64,000 nucleotides of DNA. Source: Bugula neritina (lineage: Eukaryota; Animalia; Bryozoa). A model generated the notes under the pieces. It saw nothing but the letters and a program-made list of their open reading frames with translations, was not told where the DNA came from and made no database searches. The position numbers were made by a program, and so were the translations under genes. The DNA lies in contig OZ037769.1 in the NCBI GenBank assembly GCA_964035545.1, positions 186,001 through 250,000 of the forward strand, written 5' to 3'. Position 1 is the first letter of the stretch. Every line of letters starts with the position of its first letter. This document shows, piece by piece, positions 13,816-25,400 of this stretch.

Positions 13816-14257
13816 GTTACTGTTGCTGTTAGTGTTGTCTGTTAGTGTTAGTTTAGTATTTTTCTAATCTTAAATCTACACCAATATGAAATACTAGTGC
13901 AAATCACACGATTATCGTACAATTCTACACAACAGGAAGGATAAATTATTATATGTAGCCATTTTTAACTTGTTGCTTGAGTATTTAGCAGATTTAAAAC
14001 AGATCAGACTCAGTATTGATAATATACTTATTTATACAAGTCATTAATGAAAATAATATATGTTCCTGCCAGGTCTTGGGAGAAAATCTTTTCTGCTTTT
14101 TCACTTTTTGTTGCAACATCAAATCATTAACATTTGCTGAGTTATTAAATTTATCCCAAAACATTTCAATTTTATTTAATGTTTGCTTTCAGATATGCGA
14201 TATAGTTAACAAATATCTTTAAAATACACACACAAAAACTTTTTTCTTCTTTTTCAG

Positions 14258-16123
14258 ATGAGCAACAAGGAACAGCAAGAAGTACGTCCCATATGCTTTT
14301 ATTGAGTTTTTTATTTGTATAGTTTTTAAAAAAAAGTGGACATGTTTAACCATTCTTAATAATTAATGGTGGAAATATTGTAGAATGGGTGTGAAGATAT
14401 ATTATATTTATTTAGAGTGTAGAATGGGTGTGAAGATAGATTATATTTATTTAGACTGTAGAATTCGTAGTGAGTTGGAAATTTATCAATTCCTTTCAGG
14501 AAGAGAGGGAAGTTTTGCTTTCCATTTATGAAGGAGATGAAAATTTCTTTGACATTTCTCCCACTCAATACCAGTATAAGGTAATTATTTTACTAGTTGG
14601 CTTGTGCTTGCTGTTGCCAGCTACCAACAGTCATTGATTTAGTGATGTGCACTGTACTGTATGTTACTAAGTACTCACTAGTTACTTACTAATTACCCAG
14701 TTAGCAAATAGTCTAAATAATGTATGTAAAAATGCTGTTGATTGGTTTAATCAGTTACCTTTCTTCTGATAGGTTGGTGAAGATGGAGCTAACAAATCAG
14801 CCATGATAGAAATATCATGGGGAGATGACTACCCCGAAGAACTACCCACTATCAACTTAAATGTTTTCTATAATAAACACCTGCAAGTTATCTATAAATA
14901 TAATAGTTTGATATAATATGGGGTGGACCTGAAACATGTTCCAGTTATTTACATAGTTGTTGTGTCTTCTGCCTGGAAACTCTTAACTATTTAGAACTGA
15001 ATAATGAATGAGGCTTTTTGCCAGTTGTTGGATATTATGTTTAGAGTAAAATAGTTTGTGTATTTAATGGCTCTATCCGGAAATCATTGGTTGTTAGAAC
15101 ATATAGAAAGTCGACCAGGTTTTGCATCCTTTGATTTTGTTTATAATTTGTATATTTTTGCTGGAAGTTTGTACATTGTGTATATAATACATTGTATACT
15201 TCATAGAACTTCTGGTGTCAAAGAGTATATCAAGTCTCAACTTCTAACAGAGGTATTTACCAAAGACTCATTATTCTTGACCCTGTCGTAAACTTCTTGT
15301 GCTTATTAGTACTTAGTAACTATTAGTAACTATCAGTAACTCTTAGTAACTATTAGTAACTCTTAGTAACTATTAGTAACTCTTAGTAACTATTAGTAAC
15401 TATTAGTACTTAGTAACTATTAGTAACTTATAGTAACTATTAGTATTGTTATCAACAGGCTGAGGGGCTGATAGGGATAGGAAGTACTTACACTCTCTTT
15501 GAATATGCTAAGGAACATGAAAATTCTCTCTTAGAACTCCAACCTAGTCAAAAGGTATTCCAGCTTAATATTATATTAGAATTGCCTTCTCCTGGTCTGT
15601 AGTAGATAACTCTGAATTTATGTTTGACCTACAAGTAATCCCTCATTCAAATAAATATAAAACCAGAGCTAAGCCTCTCTACTACTAGCCTACTCTCGTA
15701 GGGAGAGCATTAATATAACCTCCGTATATGTCAGTACGTGCTAGTCTATGAACAAGGCTATTCTAGGAGCTGAGATATTATGGAAATCTGTGCAGTTGCT
15801 TTGTCTTTAACCTTCACAAGGGAGAAGGGATTAGTTGGGGTTGAATACTGACTGTTAGACTGCAAGTCTATCTCATGCCCACTAATTTGCTATTTCTTCA
15901 GGAAGTTGAGTCAGTTGTGGACTCACCAGAAATGGCGGCGGATGCCACTCAGCAGTCACAGAAAGCCAAACCACAGAAGAAAGAGCAGCTGAGTAAGAAT
16001 CAAAAACGTAGACTTTACGATAGATTCGGTACTCAGGGTATGACTGATGGTAAACAGCGGGGGTGGGACTGGGTAGACCTGATCCGACATCTCAGTCAAA
16101 CTGGAGCTAAGGCTGGCGATTAA
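14258..16123 (+). CDS. RWDD4: RWD domain-containing protein 4, 6 coding exons
   Basis: Exons 14258-14281, 14500-14580, 14774-14882, 15207-15252, 15459-15554, 15902-16123. Translations: EEREVLLSIYEGDENF, IEISWGDDYPEELP, TYTLFEYAKE, KKEQLSKNQKRRL..RGWDWVDLIRHLSQTG. Confidence 0.93.
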
Positions 16124-16612
16124 ACAGCTGTCTCTTTCAATCCTAGGAAATTCCTATCTTATTTTACTATTTTCTATGATCTTTAAAGTTGTACAAATTA
16201 TTAATAAATTTGGATTTCAGAGGTTAGTAAAAGTGTTCGAATGATATGAAAAGAACTAAATTCTTTCCAATGGACCTTTTCTTTACATAGACTAGCAATG
16301 TTTTTTTTCACATTCAAATTGAAAATTTTAATTTTATATTATCATAAATAATATTTATTTATTAACATAACATAACATACAGAGAATAAATCATATCAGG
16401 ATACAATGAGTGAAGTCAGGTAGTTGACTTCAAGTATACATAAAACATTGGCTTTTCGCACTCAAAAAACCCTGATACTTTGCTTCATCTCTCTTACAAG
16501 ATACATGGTATAAGATACCATGGGACTATTGAGTAACATATTCTCTCTCTTCATGTTTCAGCCGTTTAGTAAATCTGCTACATGTTGGATACTAGTTAGT
16601 AGATCTTGGATA

Positions 16613-18108
16613 TTAGTTTGAGATGTAGATTGTTGAGTGTTTCTCCATCATCTGAATGTCTCTTTCAAGTTGTTTCATCTCAAACTCGAGTCTCTCCTTG
16701 CGATGCTTCTTTGGCAGCGTGTCTGTAACTACCGACAGCCCCTGGTACTGGTGGTACAGGTCCTCCCAGTTGGCCTTCAGTCCCATTAGTATACTGCCTC
16801 TCTCGGACTCCGACAGCTGCTTCATTGCCCCCTTCTTGAAACTTTCTGCTATGTATGCATTGTACTCCTCCTGGGCTCTCGCCATTTCCTCCTGTCTCTT
16901 TCTTAAGTAAGTTGGCACATCTCCATAATCCTACAGCATTTATACACTTGTAATAGTGACTGCATTCATAAAGATACTAGTAGTAGCTACTTCCACGTAT
17001 AGTAGTAGTGGTGGTAGTAATATAGTAGCAGCAGCAGCAGTATATAGTAGTATTTCTAAATAGCCCAAATACAACTTAAGTAAATATTACTCATGTTTAT
17101 GCATGTTTAGCCTATAACTTTCTATTTGTAACTCCTACCCTTTTGTGTACATATTTTGGCTCCATTCCTGATGGTATTAAGTTTTGGGTGTCACCATTCC
17201 TAGTGTCAACAAATTTCTTGTCTGGGATTCCTGGGACGGACATTATAGTTTCTACTGCATTTTTGGTTATAAAGTTTTTAGTTGTTTTGAGTCCTAACAG
17301 AGGAGGCTCATCCTTAGTAGTTGGTACGGCTGGCTTCTTTCTTTCGGCGTCGGCATACTCAAACTTTCTTCCTACAAAATTCATGGTAGATACACAGCTA
17401 GTACTACTAGTTATAATGTTCTGCTTACTAGGAACTTATATCGCAAGCTACTTACTTTCTGGAAGAATTGGCTCTTTTTCATGTTTCTTTAAGAACTTAT
17501 CTGGCTGAGGTTTAACCACTTCTGCTGGACCCATAGTCTTCTTAGGTTTCTTTACTACTTTTTCTTCTACTTTTACATTTTCTTTAAACTTCGACGTGTG
17601 CCTACATGATCGAATGCAACGCACTTTGAATAATTTATAACATTTTTTTGAAAAAGTTGTGCGTTTGCATTTAATTGAAAACAAATTTATATTTTATGCT
17701 ACTGACTTATTTAAAATACTATATTCAAGTATCAATTATATAGAAAAATCGAAATGAGTTACTGCGTGTGTTTCAACTTTATTAATTTACAGGCACAGTC
17801 ATGCATGGAAAATTGATTCATTCTATGGTTGTTTATTCATGAAATGACTTCAGTAAAGCATTTGACATAAATTTCATAATCATAACATTCTTATTAAATA
17901 TTATCACTCTAGCCATAAGCATAGGATTAAGTTTGAGTATAATTACCTGTATGATCACTACTCCTATGCAATATGAATATGATCAAAAAATAACAGCTCC
18001 TACCAATACTAGTCTACCGTAGAAAACTTACTGCTTAGGTTTTGGTTGCCTAATTTCTTCTTTTGGAATAAGGTTGTAGATACTTTCTGTCATTAGTTGA
18101 GAATACAT
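16613..18108 (-). CDS. ENKUR: Enkurin (motile cilia/flagellar microtubule inner protein), 4 exons
   Basis: Approximate exons 18032-18108, 17456-17601, 17138-17371, 16613-16930. Translations: ESIYNLIP, KTMGPAEV..PDKFLKKHEK, KNFITKNA, SGMEPKYVHKRDYGDVPTYL, GLKANWEDL..YQGLSVVTDTLPKK..KERLE. Confidence 0.93.
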
Positions 18109-18179
18109 CGTAAAAATCTTGTTGAAAAAAACTTTTAGCTTAGCAGTGAAACTCTCGCGTATGCGCTATTGTAGAAGTT

Positions 18180-18212
18180 GTTGCTTGGTTGCTGACCTGT
18201 ATCCAGGATAAC
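18180..18212. promoter_or_regulatory. Putative RFX X-box-like elements upstream of enkurin
   Basis: GTTGCTTGGTTGC (18180-18192) and GTATCCAGGATAAC (18199-18212), ~70-100 bp upstream of the ATG of a ciliary gene; degenerate matches. Confidence 0.45.
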
Positions 18213-19478
18213 AAATACCTAAAGCATAATCTCGGCATTGTTATTGAACGAACTAGGTTTTAAATTATAACAATGTGTGTAAAATAATTATTTACATAAA
18301 TTTTTATATAAAATATTATTATTTTTTATAAAAAAAAAAATATTATTACAATATTATGTTCGACAGATAGTTGCATCTTAGCAGGTTTCATACTCGGACG
18401 CTTCTTAAAATGCGTCTAACCATATTATTTTCGTAACTTAATTTTTCTTGATTTTTGTAAACATTAATTGTTAACAGTTACTCAGAAATTTGGTTATTTT
18501 TTAAAAAAATTGGTTGTTTTTTTCTTAGCAAAAGTGTTTAATAAACACAATGCGGTCTTTATTCTACACTAATGCCTATAAACTCATTTGCTATTACTAG
18601 TAATACTAATACTAATAGTAATAGTAATACTAATACTAATAGTAATACTTTTACTTTTAGTAATACTAATAGTAATAGTAATAGTATTGGCTAAAGTTAT
18701 GAGGATCACGATTATTATTATTATATTAATTATGATAATCATTATCATCGTACTTAAGTTAATGTTATTAATAATAATATGATCATTAAAATAATGATTT
18801 GCCATAAAGGCATAATGATAATGATTATGCAGCCACACTCTTGCTCATATTCATATTGATATACTCATACTGACACTCAAACTATCATACTCATACTGAT
18901 ACTGATAGTAAAACCATTACCAGATATTGGTTCTGAGCCTCATACTCATAGTCATAGTAATGCTGATAGTGATGGACTGACCGACAAAATAAAACTGAAA
19001 GTTACGGCCACTTCAAATAATCATTGACTTTGGATTTGATATTGATTTCAATAAATATTTTTATATTTTGATATTTAGGCCAACTTATAAACTTTTACAT
19101 CAGTTGTAGCTATCCATATGTGCATTGACCATAGGTTAACTGTCTCATTTTTTACTCTTAGTTCTTAGTTTCTTAGTTCTTACTTCTTAGTTTTTAAGTT
19201 ACTAAACATTAAATTTGTACGTTGGGTTTAAGCTTGTAATCAATTTGAAGTTACTATGCAATATAATTAAGTTGTTTGTAATTACTCAGGACCATTGCTA
19301 TAAGCTTAGTTTAGTTGTGCAACACTAATTCATTTGCTTTAGTCTCTTATTTTCTGCTACTTCATAACTTTTTTGGAATTTTCTAAAGCTATGTCATTGC
19401 TCTAGTTGAGAATATAATTGATAGATGCTGAAGCATATGTGGTCATATTGGCACATGTTTGTGATTGAAGGTGCGGAG

Positions 19479-22400
19479 ATGGCTGCTGATATGGATGTGG
19501 ATACGTTTATGAGACGGGGATTTGACTCACTGGACAGCGATGACAATGTACCTCCTCAGACTAAGGCATCTGCAACAAAGAAGAAAGGAAAAACAAAGAA
19601 GAGTCAAGGTCAAAAGCGCAGAGAAAAGCTCAAATCGCAAGGCATGTTGGATACCAGGGCTAGGGTTTCATCCAAAACTGCAGCCGAAAAGCATGGGGCA
19701 GAAGACGGCGCAGAAGATGGGGCAGAAAATGCAACTAAAAAGTAACTTGAGTTTGCAGCAGTTTCACTCAAATGTCAATAAATGTATTTTGTCTGATGTG
19801 CCTGGACATTTGTCTACTACCATATGGTATAGTTTGTATACAGCAAATTATATGTCAGTGTTTGTATACAGCAAATCATATGTCAGTGTTTGTATACAGC
19901 AAACCATATGTCAGTGTTTGTATACAGCAAATCATATGTCAGTGTTTGTATACAGCAAATCATATGTCAGTGTTTGTATACAGCAAATCATATGTCAGTG
20001 TTTGTATACAGCAAATCATATGTCAGTGTTTGTATACAGCAAATTATATGTCAGTGTTTGTTGCTTAGAAAGTCAGGTGTGAGTAAGCACAAAGCTGTGA
20101 TTGGATCGCTGGCAGCCAATGATCCTGAGTTTTACAAGTTCCTTCAAGAAGAAGACAAAAATCTTCTAAACTTTGATGACTCATCAGATGAAGAGGAACT
20201 GCACAGGTTGCCTAGCAACCTCGTAGAGCAGAAGGTCAGTTAACATGACACCCCTGACACCTTGTGTTTACTCTATCTAAATACAATAATAAGTGCTGGA
20301 CCCTCTGATGTTGAACTGTTCAGGTGAGTGAGTCACATTTTATTAAAGGAAAAAGTGAAGAAGCGGAAACTGGAAGACAGCGACAGCGATATGACATCAG
20401 AAAGTGACTCAGGTGACAGGCAAGTGGCAGCAGGTGACTCAAGTGATGACATGGATGACTCAGACACAGACTCTGAGCAGGTGTCTGCAGGTGCCCCTAC
20501 TAAAATACCTGACAGTAGAGGAAGAGCACCAACTCTCCATGTCACCAAGACCATGGTTGACAGGTGGTGCAGGCAACTGGAGAAAAGACCTAGAATTGAG
20601 GTGCTACTAACTAGACTCTGTTCTACTAACTAGACTCTGTTCTACTAACTAGACTCTGTTCTACTAACTAGACTCTGTTCTACTAACTAGACTCTGTTCT
20701 ACTAACTAGACTCTGTTCTACTAACTAGACTCTGTTCTACTAACTAGACTCTGTTCTACTAACTAGACTCTGTTCTACTACCAGGTGGCTGACGGTCTGA
20801 TAAAGGCGCTGCAAGGAGCCGTCTCCGAGGCTGCAGGAGGATCTCAGGACGTGGCGACTGCCTACAGAGTAGAGGGGGTCGTTAGTGAGTCTGTCTGTCC
20901 GTCTGTCTGCCCGTCTGTGTGTTTGTCTGTCTGTCTGTGTGTTATATAGTAGTTAGTAGCAGGTCATATGCAGTGTGTGTGTTGCAGCTTTCAATGCCGT
21001 TATAAGGTCATGCCTCAAAAACTTCCCTCAAACATTCGCTGCTCTGCTCAACTACAGCCCCAAGATGATGGATCTTCCCTCCAAGTGTAAGAGATGGGGG
21101 GAAATGAAGGTGTCAGTGCGACTCTATCTCTCAGCTCTTCTGCAGGTGTAATATACCATAATATACTGTAATATACTATAATATACTGTATTATACTATA
21201 ATATACTGTATTATACTATAATATACTGTAATATACTGTAATATACTGTAATATACTATAATATACTGTATTATACTATAATATACTGTATTATACTATA
21301 ATATACTGTATTATACTATAATATACTGTATTATACTATAATATACTGTAATATACTATAATATACTGTAATATACTATAATATACTGTGATATACTGTA
21401 ATATACTGTGATATACTGTAATATACTGTAATACACTATAATATACTGTAATATACTGTAATATACTATAATATACTATATTATACTGTAATATACTATA
21501 ATATACTGTAATATACTATAATATACTGTAATATACAGTAATATACTGTAATATACAGTAATATACTATAATATACTGTAATATACTATAATATACTGTA
21601 ATATAATATAATATACTGTAATATACTATAATATACTATAATATAATATGATATACTGTAATATAATATAATATACTATAATATACTGTAATATACTGTA
21701 ATATACAGTAATATACTATAATATACTGTAATATACTATAATATACTGTAATATACTATAATATACTGTAATATACTATAATATACTATAATATACTGTA
21801 ATATACTATAATATACTATAATATACTGTAATATACTATAATATATTGTAATATACTATAATATACAGTAATATACTGTAATATACTATAATATAATGTA
21901 ATATACTATAATATACTGTATTATACTATAATATACTGTAATATACTATAATATACTGTAATATACTATAATATACTATAATATACTGTAATATACTGTA
22001 ATATACTGTAATATAATACAATATACTGTAATATACTATAATATAATATAATATACTGTAATGTATTTCAGCTGCTGAAGAACTTAGCTGCTGCTGACGT
22101 CATCAATGCTGTGTTGAAACACGTGAGTCAGCTGACCAGCTACATCGTGTCTCTCCCCAAACAGACTAGACTCTACATGAAGGTGAGTTGTCCCAGCTCT
22201 TGTCTCGGCTCTTGTCTCAGCTCTTATACTAGCTTTTGTCTCTGGTGCACGGGCTACACAGTACGGGGTTACAGAGTACGTATCTATCTTTTAGATTCTC
22301 ATAGGAATCTGGGCTAAGGGGGAGGAGACGTCCCGAGTTCTCTCCTTCCTCTGTATCCTCAGGCTAATCAGACTGAAACAGAGTGACCTGCTGGAGAAGA

Positions 22401-25400
22401 CGTTGAAGGTAAGTGTAATATAGTAAGTATAGTAAGTATAGTATAGTAAGTATAGTATAGTAAGTATAGTATAGTAAGTATAGTATAGTAAGTATAATAT
22501 ATAGTAAGTATAATATAGTAAGTATAATGTAGTAAGTATAATATAGTAAGTATAATATAGTAAGTATAGTATAGTAAGTATAATATAGTAAGTATAGTAT
22601 AATAAGTATAGTATAGTAAGTATATTATACTTACTATATTATACTATACTTACTATACTATACTATAGTATAGTATAGTAATAATATAGTAAGTATAATA
22701 TAGTAAGTATAGTATAGTAAGTATAGTATAGTAAGTATAATATAGTAAGTATAGTATAGTAAGTATAGTATAGTAAGTATAGTATAGTAAGTATAGTATA
22801 GTAAGTATAATATAGTAAGTATAATATAGTAAGTATAATATAGTAAGTATAATATAGTAAGTATAGTATAGTAAGTATAGTAAGTATAGTATAGTAAGTA
22901 TAATATTGTAAGTATAATATAGTAAGTATAGTATAATAAGTATAGTATAGTAAGTATAGTATAGTAAGTATAGTATAATGAGTATAGTATAGTAAGTATA
23001 ATGTAGTAAGTATAATATAGTAAGTATAGTATAGTGAGTATAATATAGTAAGTATAGTATAGTAAGTATAATATAGTAAGTATAGTATAGTAAGTATAGT
23101 ATAGTGAGTATAATATAGTAAGTATAGTATAGTAAGTATAATATAGTATAGTAAGTATAGTATAGTAAGTATAGTATAGTGAGTATAATATAGTAAGTAT
23201 AATATAGTAAGCGTAATATAGTAAGTATAGTATAGTAAGTATAGTATAGTAAGTATAATATAGTAAGTATAATATAGTAAGTATAATATAGTAAGTATAA
23301 TATAGTAAGTATAATATAGTAAGTATAGTATAGTAAGTATAGTAAGTATAGTATAGTATAGTAAGTATAGTATAGTAAGTATAATATAGTAAGTATAATA
23401 TAGTAAGTATAGTATAGTAAGTATAGTATAGTGAGTATAATATAGTAAGTATAGTATAGTAAGTATAATATAGTAAGTATAGTATAGTAAGTATAATATA
23501 GTATAGTAAGTATAGTATAGTAAGTATAGTATAGTGAGTATAATATAGTAAGTATAGTAAGTATAGTATAGTGAGTATAATATAGTAAGTATAATATAGT
23601 AAGTATAGTATAGTAAGTATAGTAAGTATAGTATAGTAAGTATAATATTGTAAGTATAATATAGTAAGTATAGTATAGTAAGTATAATATAGTAAGTATA
23701 ATATAGTAAGTATAATATAGTAAGTATAATGTAGTAAGTATAGTATAGTAAGTATAGTATAGTAAGTATAATATAGTAAGTATAATGTAGTAAGTATAGT
23801 ATAGTAAGTATAGTATAGTAAGTATAATATAGTAAGTATAATGTAGTAAGTATAGTATAGTAAGTATAGTATAATAAGTATAATATTGTAAGTATAATGT
23901 AGTAAGTATAGTATAGTAAGTATAGTATAGTAAGTATAATATAGTAAGTATAATGTAGTAAGTATAGTATAGTAAGTATAGTATAGTAAGTATAATATAG
24001 TAAGTATAATGTAGTAAGTATAGTATAGTAAGTATAGTATAATAAGTATAATATAGTAAGTATAATATAGTAAGTATAGTATAGTAAGTATAGTAAGTAT
24101 AGTATAGTAAGTATAATATAGTAAGTATAGTATAGTAAGTATAGTAAGTATAGTATAGTAAGTATAATATAGTAAGTATAGTATAGTAAGTATAATATAG
24201 TAAGTATAGTATCGTGAGTATAATATAGTAAGTATAATATAGTAAGTATAATGTAGTAAGTATAGTATAGTAAGTATAGTATAGTAAGTATAATATAGTA
24301 AGTATAATGTAGTAAGTATAGTATAGTAAGTATAGTATAGTAAGTATAATATAGTAAGTATAATGTAGTAAGTATAGTATAGTAAGTATAGTATAATAAG
24401 TATAATATTGTAAGTATAATATAGTAAGTATAGTATAGTAAGTATAGTATAGTAAGTATAGTATAGTATAGTGAGTATAATATAGTAAGTATAGTATAGT
24501 AAGTATAGTATAGTGAGTATAATATAGTAAGTATAATATAGTAAGTATAGTATAGTAAGTATAGTAAGTATAGTATAGTAAGTATAATATTGTAAGTATA
24601 ATATAGTAAGTATAGTATAGTAAGTATAATATAGTAAGTATAGTATAGTGAGTATAATATAGTAAGTATAATATAGTAAGTATAATGTAGTAAGTATAGT
24701 ATAGTAAGTATAGTATAGTAAGTATAATATAGTAAGTATAATGTAGTAAGTATAGTATAGTAAGTATAGTATAGTAAGTATAATATAGTAAGTATAATGT
24801 AGTAAGTATAGTATAGTAAGTATAGTATAATAAGTATAATATTGTAAGTATAATATAGTAAGTATAGTATAGTAAGTATAGTATAGTAAGTATAGTATAG
24901 TAAGTATAGTATAGTATAGTATAGTATAGTATAGTAAGTATAATATTGTAAGTATAATATAGTAAGTATAATATAGTAAGTATAATATAGTAAGTATAGT
25001 ATAGTAAGTATAATATTGTAAGTATAATATAGTAAGTATAATATAGTAAGTATAATATAGTAAGTATAGTATAGTAAGTATAATATTGTAAGTATAATAT
25101 AGTAAGTATAGTATAGTAAGTATAGTATAGTAAGTATAGTATAGTATAGTAAGTATAGTATAGTATAGTAAGTGTAATATAGTAAGTATAGTATAGTAAG
25201 TATAGTATAGTATAGTAAGTATAATATAGTAAGTATAATATAGTAAGTATAGTATAGTGAGTATAATATTGTAAGTATAATATAGTAAATATAGTATAGT
25301 AAGTATAATATAGTAAGTATAATATAGTAAGTATAGTATAGTAAGTATAGTATAGTAAGTCTAGTATAGTGAGTATAATATAGTAAGTATAGTATAGTAA

